The notes under the pieces: generated by a model | Databases searched by the model: none | What the model was told of the DNA's origin: nothing | What the model saw: only the letters and a program-made list of their open reading frames with translations | Position numbers and translations under genes: made by a program | Part shown: positions 14,762 to 31,219 of the stretch, piece after piece | Numbering within the stretch: position 1 is the stretch's first letter | Layout: every line of letters begins with the position of its first letter | Assembly: GCF_009914755.1 (NCBI RefSeq) | Contig: NC_060932.1 | Source: the human T2T-CHM13v2.0 reference genome, Homo sapiens | Direction: 5' to 3' (one strand) | Length of the DNA stretch: 64,000 nucleotides

Positions 14762-15463
<702 letters not shown>

Positions 15464-15670
15464 ATGAAAAGGACTCTTTTTAACCTCTTCTCCATGTCTA
15501 ATCTGAGTTTCAACCTTTTTATTCTTATTCTGTTATAAGTACTTCTCCCATTCAAGAGCATATAAAACTAGAATTACTTTGGGATGAGTGTGAGTGGGGG
15601 AGAGAGAAGGTTGGGAGATCACTAGTTGTGTTTGCTGGTACTGAATCCTACCCTAATACTTCCGAAATGA

Positions 15671-16042
<372 letters not shown>

Positions 16043-17142
16043 TGTTTAATAGAAGTTATCAACATATGGAGTCATTTATGTCTATTGAAATATGAACAGC
16101 CAATTCCCTTCACTTGTCCCATTTCTAATTCAGACACTAATTCTGTTTCAGTTTAACTTGGATCAATGGACTTATCTTTGCTTCTGTTCAGTTATCTGTT
16201 TCAACAACAATAAGATTCTTTATCTATATGGCATAGTGGGTGAAAGGACACACTAACCTTACCTACTGCTCCTTTTATGTCAGAAAATCCATTTTCTAAT
16301 CACTTTTTCTTGGACCCAAGTGAGTCTGTTTTTTCCCCTACATTTTGTAATTTGTCACATTTACATTTTAGGTGGGTTGTTCTAATCGACTTTTCTTATA
16401 AAAGGGTAGTGGTTCTAGATCAATCGCCATCAATCATGCTACCAAGCAATGGTGAAGTACCCTTTTTAAAATATTTTATTTAGAAGAATTTCTTATTTCA
16501 GATACAACAGATGATACAAGTTGAATCTAGTAGGGTTTAGTAAGAGACAATAAACATATTAAACAAAGCCTTACGTATTTTTTAAGGTGAAAAAAATCCC
16601 CCAAGATAGAGTCCGTGCTTAGAAACTACCCCTGTTAAATACTGAATATATAACATTTGTAATGTTCAAATACCGAAAGAAAAAAATGTACTTGTTCAGA
16701 GTCTATTCTTGAGTCAACCTACCTTCTCAGCTCTACTGACCCCAAACAAGGTAAACAAGCTGATTTAAGTTACAACTAACTTAAAAATTATACATCTAAC
16801 TCTTTTGTAAATAACTTTAGGGCTGGTGCTCAAAATAATTGGAACTAGCTATGAAAAGAAAGCTAGAAATGAGAATGAGGAAAATTGGTAGTAAGTGTCT
16901 ATAGAGAAGTGTGGACCATCTGCAATTCCTATATTTAAACAGGGAGAAGAGGGAGATGGGGACTCACTCTCTCCCTCACAACCACATGACTAAACTGGCC
17001 CAGCCAATATCTCATCAGGTGTCTCCACCACTTTACAAAGCCACTGGGAATTTATCAAGGGATAAATACAAAACTGGTGTAGGGAGAGGGGAATGGGAAG
17101 TTACTTCCAAAGACTCTGACCCTGAGTTCTTGGCGTTTATTC

Positions 17143-17429
17143 TTTTTTTTGAGACAGTCTCACTCTGTCGCCCAGGCTAGAGTGCAGTGGCGCGATATCA
17201 ACTCACTGCAACCTCTACCCCTGGGTTCCAGTGATTCTCCAGCCTCAGCCTCCTGATTAGCTGGGATTACAGACACCCGCCATGACACCCTGCTAATTTT
17301 TGTAATTTTAGTAGAGACAGGGTTTCAACATATTGGTCAGGCTGGTCTCGAACTCCTGACCTCAGGTGATCCACCCACCTTGGTCTCTCAAAGTGCTGGG
17401 ATTACAGGTGTGAGCCACTGTGCCCGGCC
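17143..17429 (-). mobile_element. AluSx-like
   Basis: Full antisense Alu; TSD CTTGGC(G/C)TTTATTC. Confidence 0.95.
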
Positions 17430-17524
17430 CTTGGCCTTTATTCCTTATTTTCCCTGATATTAATCCCTAATGAAATGCATTTAGTACACATTCATCTTTT
17501 TAAAATGTGCAGTTTTTGTCACAG

Positions 17525-17705
17525 AAGTAGTGTAAAGGACACCAGAATGGTTGGAAGACGATTTTTGTGGTCTTCTACAAGTCCTGTTTTGGTGACTCTG
17601 AGCAAGTCTTAACCTTGCCTACATTTCCTCACATTTAGGGCAAGTGTACTCTTCAGGGTCAACTGCAATATCTGTGGGAGTGCTTTGTGTTTTGTAGCAT
17701 GCATC
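17525..17705 (+). mobile_element. MIR fragment
   Basis: GGTGACTCTGAGCAAGTCTTAACC..CATTTCCTCA core-like sequence. Confidence 0.5.
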
Positions 17706-18254
17706 TTACTAGTGCTTTTGTTGTTGTTTGCGTTGTCGTGTGGGTTCCCCACCTCCCCCATAACACTGTAAAGAAATGCTGAGACTAAGTGGTAGGGAGT
17801 GGCAGCCATCTGGTGAGGATGGAAAGTTAATATCTTTATTTATGTAATAAACCTCCCTTTAGAATTCTGTTACTGTCAAATTTCTCCTGGAATTTTAATA
17901 GTATTTTCGCTATGTGTTTTGACCTTTTGCTATTGGGAAGACACAAGTTTATGAATGACAAATGGGTAGGGGAATTTAGGCTGCACAGTTAAGTAGGAAG
18001 AATGAAGTCTTTGCTAGAGTTAGAATCCAGTTTGACCTTGAACAAGTTACTCAATGACTAAGCTCCATTTGCAAAATCGTTTTGTTAAAGGGATTAGAGG
18101 TAACATATCTACATATGTACATGTGTACAGTGGTATGGAGAATGGACTGGATGAATGCGTGCTGTTACCAATGTGATAATTACTATTCTTTTTAAAAATA
18201 GAGTATTTTATGCATACACAATACTTATTCAATTCAATTTGCCTTAGTGCACAG

Positions 18255-18368
18255 TGATGGAATTTTAGAACTGGAATTGACTTCAGAAATAATCTGGTAA
18301 ACGAAATCTTTTCGAGGCTCTTCATTTTATGGTTGAGGAAACTAACATCCTGAGAGCTAAAAGTCATC
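18255..18368 (-). mobile_element. MIR/MIR3 fragment
   Basis: GAATTTTAGAACTGGAA..CATTTTATGGTTGAGGAAACT. Confidence 0.55.
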
Positions 18369-18632
18369 GTTTTCCTTTAAAATATCTAAATAATCCCAGA
18401 TGTTGGATCAGAACTCCAAAGTCATAATCAGGGCTTTTCCTATTTCTATAGTATTTCTAATACTATAACATGCTATTGCTCAGTCTTTTATTCTCTAATT
18501 CCATCCTGGTTTCTAGACCAAATATACCTAATTGTATTCTAACCCACAAGTACCTCATCAATGAGAAGTCTGACCTATGGTTTATGATTTCCGCAGACTT
18601 AAATCAACCCTGGGCTTCTATCCTTATACTAG

Positions 18633-18944
18633 TTTTATTTTATGTTTTTTGTTTGTCTTTAGAGAAATGATCGTGTTCTGTCATCCAGGCTGGAGTGCAG
18701 GGACATAATCACAGCTCACTGCAGCCTCAAACTCCTGGGCTCCATTGATCTTCCTGCTTCAACCTGCTGAGTAGCTAGGACCACAGGCACGCACCATCAG
18801 GCCCAACTACATTTTTAAATTTTTTTCTAGAGACGATGTCTCGCCATGTTTCCCAAGCTGGTCTTGAACCCTGGCCTCAAGCAATCCTCCCACCTCAGCT
18901 TCCCTAAGTACCAGGATTACAGGCATAAGCCACTGAGCCCAGCC
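18633..18944 (-). mobile_element. AluJ
   Basis: Full antisense Alu with J diagnostics (CAGCCTCAAACTCCTGGGCTC). Confidence 0.93.
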
Positions 18945-19127
18945 CCACCCTTACATGTTTTCTCTTGGCATCCTGATCCCTGGACACAACCCCATTGAGA
19001 TACCCTTCCATTTAATACTTTTCTTAGTCATTTACCAAATGTGTTTACAGTAATATATTCCCATATATTTGTGGCAGAGTACAGCACTCATATAAATTTT
19101 GATGAACACAGACATGCTGTCCCATAC

Positions 19128-19243
19128 TTGTAGGTAAAACAATCATGTGAAATTAAAATAAATATTTTGTTTAGATAGATCTTGACTATCATACACTTAT
19201 TCTAACAATATTGCCCATTCCTCAAAACATTCTGGGAACTCCT
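19128..19243. mobile_element. MARNA-like mariner fragment
   Basis: ATACACTTATTCTAACAATATTGCCCATTCCTCAAAACATTCTGGGAACTCC resembles recalled MARNA. Confidence 0.5.
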
Positions 19244-19305
19244 TGAAATAAAACTGACTATGGTAAGAAGAGTTTTTCTGGGAGTTGGGAAACTGATTCC
19301 ATTAG

Positions 19306-19765
<460 letters not shown>

Positions 19766-20146
19766 GATATTCCTGTTTTTATGGTTGCAATTGTATGCTA
19801 TGGCACCGGTACTATGTGGGAAGAATGATGCTAGGTACTCTACTGGTATGGCCTCATTTGTCGATTTGAGGATTATTGGTTTATTTATGCAAAGCACATA
19901 GGATCATAGGATTGCTCTCTAGGAGAATGGAGTAATTAATACCATGAAGACTCATAGACAATGCTTCCTCCCCTAGAAACTCATTATTTTTCGAATTTTG
20001 GCACTGATCTTTCCTGCCTACTTCCTGGCTTTTACTACCTTGTGAAAAAGCCCCAAGTGTTAGAAGCAGCTTCCCCAGTTTACTGCCATCCCTTCTAAGG
20101 TCCCTGGACACCACTGCTTGTCTCCTACCTTAGAAAGTGCCTACTT

Positions 20147-20458
<312 letters not shown>

Positions 20459-20501
20459 TCATACCCTCCTCCTATTTATTCTGATTTCTGTGCATGTATT
20501 C

Positions 20502-20680
20502 TTTTTGTTTGTTTGTTTTTCAGAGACAAGGTCTTGCTCTGTCACCTAGGCTGGAGTGCAGTGGCACAGTGGCATGACCATAGCTCACTACAGCCTCAAA
20601 CTACTCCTGGGCTCAAAATGATCCCCCTGCCTCACCTACCAAGTAGCTGAGACTACAGGCAAATGCCACCATGCCTAGCC
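20502..20680 (-). mobile_element. FRAM / right Alu monomer
   Basis: Single right monomer; TSD TGTGC(A/C)TGT(A/T)TTCTT at 20489 and 20681. Confidence 0.85.
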
Positions 20681-20714
20681 TGTGCCTGTTTTCTTAAGGC
20701 AGAAATGATCTAAA

Positions 20715-20920
20715 AGTGTGGCAGAGGGAAAAGAAGATGGGACTTAGAGCTTAAATAAATCTAGATGAAAATGTTGGTTCTATCACTCACAGGTTCTGTG
20801 ATGTTAGGGAAGTTAAGTTATTTGCAATAAAAATTATTAATATTGTAGAACATGTATTGATCCTATGTATCAGGCTTGAATTAGGTGCTTTAAGTGGGTT
20901 GTCTCAATTAATTCATCACT
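20715..20920. mobile_element. Two MIR fragments in opposite orientation
   Basis: MIR 5'-like sequence (+) to ~20820, then MIR 3'-like sequence (-): TAGGTGCTTTA..TCTCAATTAATTC. Confidence 0.45.
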
Positions 20921-23900
20921 CTGATTTTCAATTTTCTGTTCTAAGAAATGAGATCAAATATGCCTATCTTGCCGAAGAGTAGTAAAAATTAGACAGGTAG
21001 CTGCCTCTGGATCCTGCAGGGTACAGAAAGTATTACATATCTGCATGTGTGGATGTGAAGGACACACAGATACATAAGGTAAATGAGAATTTATTATAAA
21101 GGTGTATTTGACAAAAATTGGGGAAAAAAGGAAAATTGGAGAAGATATCTTTCTGTGAGATTAAAGACAAATAGGGGAAAAAAGGGACCAATGACAAGAA
21201 TTAGAGCAAGGTATGTAATGAATTCCAGAGCTGGCTCTAAGAGATAGAGCAGCTGGTCATATGTGAAAGGGATGATTCATTCTTCAGGGGCTATCCCTCG
21301 TGATCCTATTTCCTTGCACAAGCTATCAGTTAATTTATTGATTCACCTCCTTTATGTGCTCATAGGCATCAAGAATACAATGGATCACATACAATTACAG
21401 AAAAGTTTCATTTCAGGAGGTCAAACAGGAAGTTTCTTTCTGACTTATATTGAAGTACTCATGATGACAATGGAGAAAAATGAACATAATCTTTTATGGG
21501 TGGGGACCATGTGATCTCTTTTCTTTCAAGCTCCAGAGGGTTTATAAGACATTTCCATGTTCAATTTGATTCCGGAAATTATATGTTGGGTAGAACAGAC
21601 TCTTTTCGGCAACTCATGAGAATTGCCAATGATCCCAGCATTTGCTACTCTTGATAGTAATTCCCTTCATTTCCTCCATTTTTATACATGACCTGCAGTA
21701 AATATTGACAGTTACTTTGCTGGAAAGAATAACACAGAGACAGCTTTTCTTAAGCTCCAAACTGAATTTCGTGGTTAATTGATTGGCCAGCTGGCCCTGC
21801 CGTCTCTTGACCTCTACAAGAGCCAGCAAGATTGATGGTTTCAGCAGCCTTTCATGGTGCACTAAAGCATTCAGATCTATCTTTTGTTATTTGGGAAACA
21901 CTAAGTTCTTATGTAGCACATTATTTACATGGACTCAAGGGCTGACGAGCTGGGAGGCAGCAAATGCCCAAATGGAAGACAATGTATGTAGATCAAAGAA
22001 GCCGATGAGACAGAGAGTTCATAAAATGTGAATACAATTCCAGGGGAGAATTGATGATTATGGAAGCAGAAAGCCAATTGAGTTAAATATTCATTCCAGC
22101 AACAAGTCTGATCGTCTCACTGGGACCTGTGCCTTTCCGAAGTTTCCTCAGCTTTTCAAGGTCTACACAAGGAAAGAACAAAGCCATCAAGGAGGCTCTC
22201 ATTCTGGAAAGCCGGCTGCAAGATGGCATGAACCAGAGGTCAGCGGCCACCACTGAGAGTTCATCGTATTCGCCTCTGTAAAGAATAAGCCTCAAGCAGT
22301 GGTTCTGCAGGAGCGGTTCAGCATCATCAATACCAATGAGCCCTAATGAATGTGACAATTCAGAATGATTGGGCCTTTTCCTCCAAAACGTTTTTCTCCT
22401 CAAAAGTAAAACAGGCTTGAAACTCATGTCTTATATATGCTGTTTAGATTTTCATATATTAATGTCACGAATCAGATGATAGGAAGGTATATTAACAAGT
22501 GAGACATTGGGATATGGCCCCTTGTTCAAGAGCATCAAAGCATTAAATATGTTGTTTTAAAAATACCTTTGGCATAGTTTTACCACCTATTTCTCAATTG
22601 CCATCAAAATTTTAACTTTTAATGACTTTTGGAAGTAGGTTAGATGGGGTGGTGGGAGAGGAATAGAGGATACAGAAAGATAAAAACTAAATCCAAAAAT
22701 AGTATTGAATGAGAATTACTAATAAGAATTATTAATTGAGTGTCTTCTCATAAAAATAGTAATATCTGTTCTTTGGTCTCTCACAATACATAGTTTAACT
22801 CCATATATAATTTAATGAATGCAATGTGTCACTTTGGTTATAGGTTTGCATCTTGGAAACGATGTTAGTAGAAACAAGTCAGTTTCCCTCTGTTCCTTTT
22901 TGCTTAGCTTTCTGGGCTATCTTCACCAATGCCACAGTCCATCTGTAACAGAATGCATTGGAGATTTGAAAAATCACGACAGATAATAAATCTCTATATA
23001 CTTCTCATCCTCTGGAACAATTGAGACATTGAAATTGCCTGATCTTTTTGAGTGAGTGTTGCCACTTTGACCCAGGCAAATGAGAAATAAAACAACAATA
23101 CCAACCAGCAGTTTCAAGTATCCTTCTGCTGCATAATAACTCAGCAGTAGGCTTTGCTAATGGTGTTTATGAGCTGCCAGGCTAGAATTGGCCCTTAAGC
23201 AGGGAGGCATTTGCCCAGTGGGCTTCTTCCATGTGGGGGGGGCCTTTTTGCAGCCTGGGGGCCCTTTTAGGTGATTCTCAGCCGGAGCGGTCTCTTCAGG
23301 CCAAAGACTTTTGCAATGAGCTAACTGTGTTCAATTATTGCTTTCAGATCCACCCTACATTCAAATGTTTTGGGACACCAATGTAATACCATAAAAATGA
23401 CTGTGTAGGACACGCCTATGCTAATGTCATGACTGGTTTGTTTTACGTATTATTTATTTATTTGATACTGTTAATAAAAAGCAAACAAGCCAAAAAGAAA
23501 TACTCCCCAACGTTTAATAGAGATCATTGTATCCTAAAATCTTATAGCACATTAGAGTGCAATGAAGCTCAATGTAACAAGCATCAACAATCAACTACGA
23601 AATGAGTATGGAAATAGAGTATATCCAAGGAAGACAGAAGTGTAGACCACATGATGACAGCGGGATAAAGACAAAGGAGAAGGTAATCGAGAGCCAAGGG
23701 TTAAACCATTCAAATTGTCCTTTGGCATTAAAATGATCCAAGATGTTTCATGAGTTCAGGTTAAAAAAGGAAATCAGTAAACCCCAATATACTTTAAGTT
23801 TCATTTGACGCCCACAAGCTGAAACTACCTCTTTGTGGTGTGTGTCTTTACATCAGCAAAGAGTATAATTGAATTTGGTTATTATCTCCAGTGCTACCTG

Positions 23901-24164
23901 TTTGGACCTGCTATTTCACCTTCCTGAAAACTGTTGCATTGAGTTCTACTGGGGAAAATTCTTAAGATAACATCTGTTTACTAAGAAGGGGGTGTGCTTA
24001 CCTGCTCTAAGGTATTGAAATACATTGTAAATCTATACCTAATTCATATAAACATAATTTCAAGGAAAAACAAAAACATAAGAGACAGACCCTGGCGGAG
24101 TGCCAAAGAATTTGTCAGGGTCCCAGTCCCTGTACCTTATGGGAGAATTAAATTCATTAAACTG

Positions 24165-24467
<303 letters not shown>

Positions 24468-24609
24468 TCATTAAACTGAACAAATTGAGCCCAATTTATT
24501 TGTCATAGTTCAAAGAAAAGGAGAGAGTAGAGTAAAGGGGCTTAGTGCAAATGTCTGGTCAGATACTCAAAGGTTTAGAGCCTCTTAACCCTTATATTTC
24601 TTTACATAA

Positions 24610-24918
<309 letters not shown>

Positions 24919-25185
24919 CATTCTTGTTTCTTGGTAAAGGAAAATCCAACTATATATATCTTCTTTAGGATCACCTAAAGACCCATACAGATCTGTCAAA
25001 TAGACATCCAATATTTTGGTAGGCTTTGAAAGGAGGTGCAAAAGGATGAGAAGGAATTTAGGGAGATCATTATCTGAATCATTGAACAAATGCTCCTTAA
25101 GCACCTGGTGAAGAGAGGCTACTGAGAAGCAGAGCACGTGGTCCCAGCCTACGAGGTGACAAAGTAAAATGGCAGAAGCAATTTG

Positions 25186-26033
25186 TAATGATCTCACCTA
25201 TATGTGGAATCTAAAAAAAAGTCAGCCTCATGGAAACAGTAGAAAGGTGATTACCAGGTCTGGGGGCTAGGAGAGAGATAGGGAAGGGGAAATGCTGTCA
25301 AAGGATCCAAAGTTTCAGTTAGACAGAAAAAATAAACTTCAGTGATCTATTGCACAGCATGGTGACCACAGTTAAAAATAATGTATGGTACATCTCCAAA
25401 TTGCTTAAAAAAAAAAAAAAGGTTTCAAATGTTGTCACCACAGAAAAACAAAAACAAAAACAAAAAAAAACAAAAAAAACGAGGCAAGGTGATGGAGTTG
25501 TTAATTAGCTTGATTTAACCTTCCTACAATGTATATGTGTTAGTCCGTTTTTGCGTTGCTGTAAAGAAGTATCTGAGGCTAGGTAATTTGTAAAGAAAAG
25601 TGGCTTATTTTGGCTCATGGTTCTGTAGACTATAAAGGTAGCGTGGTGCTAGCATCTGCTTTTGGTGAGGGCTCAGAAAGCTTCCAGTCATGGCAGAAGG
25701 CAAAGGGGGAGCCCACATATCAGATGGTGAGAGGGAGCAAGAGTTGAGGGGGAGGTGCCACACTCTTTTAAACAACCAGATCTCATATGAACTCAGAGCA
25801 AGAACTCACTCATTATCGTGAGAACAACACCACGCTATTCACAAGGGATCCACCCCCATGACCAAAACACCTCCCACTGGGCCCCACTTCCAACACTGCG
25901 GGTTACATTTCAACATGAGATTTAAAACCATGTCAGTATACATACATACATTAAAATATGCATCACATTGTGCCCTATACACATATAAATTATTGTTTGT
26001 CAATTAAAGAAAGAAATAATTTTAAAATAAATA
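25186..26033 (+). mobile_element. L1MA 3' end (split by an MST LTR)
   Basis: ATCTCAC.TATATGTGGAATCTAAAA; GATCTATTGCACAGCATGGTGAC; GTTAATTAGCTTGATTT; TTTGTCAATTAAA tail. Confidence 0.85.
25536..25935 (-). mobile_element. MSTB-like MaLR solo LTR
   Basis: TG..CA termini; 5-bp TSD GTATA at 25531-25535 and 25936-25940; MST core CATGGCAGAAGGCAAAGGGGGAGC. Confidence 0.88.
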
Positions 26034-26348
26034 GGCCAGGCGCAGTGGCTGATGCCTATAATCCAAGCACTTTGGGAGGCCAAGGCAGGCAGATTCCTTG
26101 AGCCCAGGAGTTCAAGAGCAGCCTGGGCAACATGATGAAACCTCATCTCTAAAAAAATACAAAAATTAGCTGGGTATGTGGGGGGTGCACAGGTAGTCCC
26201 AGCTACTCAAGAGGCTGAGGTGGGGGGATTGCTTGAGCCTGGCAGGCGGAGGTTGCAGTGAGATTGCACCACTGCACACCAGCCTGGGTAACCCATTGAG
26301 AACCTGTCTTAATAAATAAATAAATAAATAAACAAACAAACAAATAAA
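26034..26348 (+). mobile_element. AluJ in the L1 poly(A) tail
   Basis: Full Alu with a (TAAA)n(CAAA)n tail. Confidence 0.93.
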
Positions 26349-26514
26349 GGTTGTGTTAGAACAAAAAAGAAAAAGAGTGACAATGCAAGCCACATAGTTG
26401 GAATTGACATTAACTAGCATGTGCCAACGAGTGACAAAGGAAACAAGTGCAAAGCAAGAAAAGTTAGCCATTATCATGGTCCATAGATAATACTCTCAAC
26501 CCCGGCTCTTGAGT

Positions 26515-26732
26515 GAAGCAGTATTGTGCAGTGGTTACATTTATGGACCTAATGGTCAAACTGCATGAGTTCAAATCCCAGCTTTACAGCTATTGGTTGC
26601 ATTATCTTGGGCAAGTCATTTAACATCTCTGCCTTAATTGATTCACCTCTGATATAGAGCTGATAGGAGTCTGAAATAGCTGCTATAAGGACTAAATACA
26701 TTAATATATAGATAGCATTCATAACAGTGTTT
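26515..26732 (+). mobile_element. MIR, near full length
   Basis: tRNA-like head GCAGTGGTTA..GAGTTCAAATCCCAGC and core TTGGGCAAGTCATTTAAC. Confidence 0.8.
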
Positions 26733-27370
26733 TGTGGACTTTCCGAAGGTGCTGGGCCTTCCAGTTGCCTTAAAGAATGGATTGGATTAGGGTGGAGGAG
26801 ATGAAAAAAGGCATCACAGTACATCAAGTGCATGGTGCCAGTGTAAGTAGAATACAGGAATAAGGAAATGCCCAGCTTGTTGGGGGGTTAGTATGAAGAC
26901 CTCTAACTGGGACTGAAAGTTCTAGCAACAGTAAAATACCCTGGCCTCCAACTACTAAGTACCCTGAATACTAAGATGAGTTTATTTTTCATTCTATAGA
27001 CAATTTCCATCTCTTTCTTTCAAAACAAACAAATGATGACACTGTATGAGTAACAGAAGATGACTGGGAACAGAACCGTGAACAGAATTAAGCACGTGCA
27101 ATCAAATAAAATTCACAGAAAACTTAATTTACCACATTAGTGATATGCATAATCGTTGTTGTACTGGTAACCAGCTCTTCAGGAAAAAAAAAAGAAAATT
27201 CCTGATTTGTTAAAATACTGTCACTATGGCCCACTGAAACTATCAAAATGAGGCATATAACAGGAAATTGGGAGGAGAGTTATACAATCAGCTCTTGCTA
27301 GAAAATGATGATCATTGACATTACCCTTATGGAACCAATCCAAATTTGGGCGTTGTTTTCTTTCTTTCTA

Positions 27371-27374
<4 letters not shown>

Positions 27375-27412
<38 letters not shown>
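27375..27412. repeat. (TG)19 microsatellite
   Basis: Directly visible pure dinucleotide run. Confidence 0.97.
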
Positions 27413-27414
<2 letters not shown>

Positions 27415-28810
27415 CTCTGGTATCTGTAAATAACATCCATATCAGTTTCTCCATCCATTCTTTGCACATCACTGGTAATGCCTGAGATCAAATCTGCCAT
27501 GCTTTTCCGGGCAGATCCAGGCTGGGATCTCAGTATCCCTGCTTCCCTGAAGCTGTCCAACCTCACTCCCTTCATTGCTCTGCTGTGATTAGGAAGGAGC
27601 CATTCCAAGGACTATGGGGTGCTCTGTGGGATAAGCCCAGTCCTTCTTCCATACAGGAGGAACAGGGGACGGGTGCTGACAAGAGGAAATGCATGGAGCA
27701 GAGAGAGGGAACAGGCAGATGGACTCAAGGTCCCCAGACTCTTTCGAGTGTTGAGTCAGAAGGACTGGAGCTGTGGGGGAAGAGGGTGGGAACAGGGTAG
27801 TGGAATAACATGCAGACAGATGGGCTGAACTGAAGGTCCAGAGGCACTCCCAGCCGTCAACCAGCAGTTCTTACACCAGGTTGATGTTAGGGAACAACCC
27901 CAGCTTTAAAACTTATTTACACCAAAGTGCCAAATGACTCATTTGAGACAAGGCTTTGATCTCTGGGGACAGGGCGTTAGACAGCATGAGGCTTAGGTTG
28001 CCAGGTGTCTTCCCACAGTTCCTGTCTTGTGTATGTTACACACTCAATTCATGTCAGGATGACACTACATTGGCATGATCCAAGGGAACCCATAACTGAC
28101 ATGAATATGTGTGTGTGTGTTGATTGGGGAGATGGGAAAGAGAACATTTCTTCCAGATTTTCTAGTTCTTATAGTTCATAATCTTAATCCTCATCTCCAC
28201 TTCTCTGCCACTTCTCTGGCTAAATCCAAAGCACAGCCTGGCTAGAGAGGACTTCTCTTCCTTGGGGGTTCTAGTCTATTCTCTGAGTTGTGACAAACAT
28301 TTCCATTCCCTGTAATTACCCACTTGCCTTGTCTCTGAAGAGGCATTCACAGAATAAACCAAAAGAATTGTAGTGTTAGGAAGATGTCAAATCATTTGAC
28401 CTCTACTCCATCTCCGGCTTTTCCTTCTCCCCCCATGAAAGTTATGCATTTAGTTGCCTCTTGTTCATTAGTCTGGACTTAGAGCAAAGTGACTACTTCA
28501 ACTTCTTGTGCTCAACATATGCCACAGTTGCTTACATGTGATAAGTCCATTTGTCACTTGATAAGCCTTTGCTAGAATTTCCTTCTCTCCATCTCCAACC
28601 TTATAATGATCTTGAAGGCAATGTCGGAGGCTAGGTAAATCTTCTTTGTGTTCCCCACTTGAGCATAGGTGAGCTGTCATGTCAATTTCCTTACACTACT
28701 GAGAAGAGGGGATGTGGGTGGGCAGGGACCCCCAGAAACAACTTTACCCCTTTCACAGTTTCCATCACTGCCTCCAATGTCCACCGACGTTAGAAAGTTT
28801 GGGCAGAAGT

Positions 28811-29120
<310 letters not shown>

Positions 29121-29299
29121 CTAGAGTTTCAGGGAAAGTCATTTGAGGTTTGGTTTAGGCAGGAAATAGAACAAAACCAGTGTACTAAGGAGAATACAGT
29201 GGAAATAAGAGGGAAAGGAATGAAGAAACTGGTAGGCTACTAAAATGCCCAGGTACAAACTACTGAACATCCACCTTTATGCTGTCAGTGGGCAGAAAA

Positions 29300-29550
29300 A
29301 GAAATAGACAATGACAAGATACATTTTGAATTAGTGTGATTTAAGGACTGGCTGATGTGCACAAAACATGAGAGAAGGGAGTCAACTTTGACAGAGATTT
29401 CAAGAGCAGATCACTGATGAAATGTGATAACATTCAGAAAATAGAGAAGTTGACATGGGCTTTGATGAAAACACAATGAGTTCAGTTTGAAGCATTTTGA
29501 AGTCAAGGTGATTTTGTGAAATACAAACGATGCTGTCCAGCAGGCATAGA
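29300..29550 (-). mobile_element. L2 fragment
   Basis: GAGAAGGGAGTCAA..AATGAGTTCAGTTTG..CTGTCCAGCAGGCA antisense L2 motifs. Confidence 0.55.
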
Positions 29551-30010
29551 ATCTATCTGGAGTCATTTGTACAATATACCTATGCCTTTTTTTTTTCTTT
29601 CTCCTACTGTAGACTTAGATAGGAACTCACTTTTGTCTTTTTTCTGCTAGGCCAATAAATACGTTCTCAGCTTAGAAAAGGGGCTTTTTGGTTTGCCTAT
29701 TTCTGTTTCTTTTTACAGAAGTTAACACATTTATTTGTGACCTATTAAAATCATGAAGTATTACCACTGGGTTTTATGTTTTAATGGAAACATTTCATGT
29801 CTAGAGAATAATGATGCTTAAAATTTATATGAATTAAAATTTTAGCCTGTAAAAAGAGCCTGGAAATATCTTCATACCATCATCTATCCTTCCACTTAAA
29901 TATTAATCACAAAGAAGATCAGGCGTAGTGAACATACACCATGCAACCTCCCATTCAGAGAATTCTTGTGCAAAGAAGGATTCCAAAGGGTTTCAGAAAT
30001 ACTAAACTTC

Positions 30011-30035
30011 TTGAAATTGAAATTGAAATTGAAAT
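30011..30035. repeat. (TTGAAA)4 short tandem repeat
   Basis: Directly visible. Confidence 0.9.
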
Positions 30036-30099
30036 CCTTCTTGGCTTCTCTACCTGTTACTTCCTCTGCAGTGCTCAGTATAGTGTCTGCTCTCCCTCC

Positions 30100-30589
<490 letters not shown>

Positions 30590-30867
30590 TAGGTGGGAGA
30601 AAGGAAGAAGAAAGGAAAATGAAATTAACTACTAGTTTGTTTCCCTGTTTCATTGAGAACACACGTATTAACCAAACAAGTAAACAATTGTCAGAATATT
30701 GCATTTTAAACTCCTGAGAGAAGTTGCTGCTTCTGTGGCATTTCTATCTAATTAAGTTTCCCCTTAAAGTTGTAATCTTTTCTTTCAAATCTCATAATAC
30801 GTCTTATTTAGGTGATCATACCAATTATATCTTTCCCACTCAAACCCCTAAAGTTATCCTTGAATAA

Positions 30868-31219
<352 letters not shown>

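Noticed and set aside
26515-26590. tRNA-like A/B boxes (GTTCAAATCC)
   Set aside because: This is the tRNA-derived head of a MIR, not a tRNA gene.
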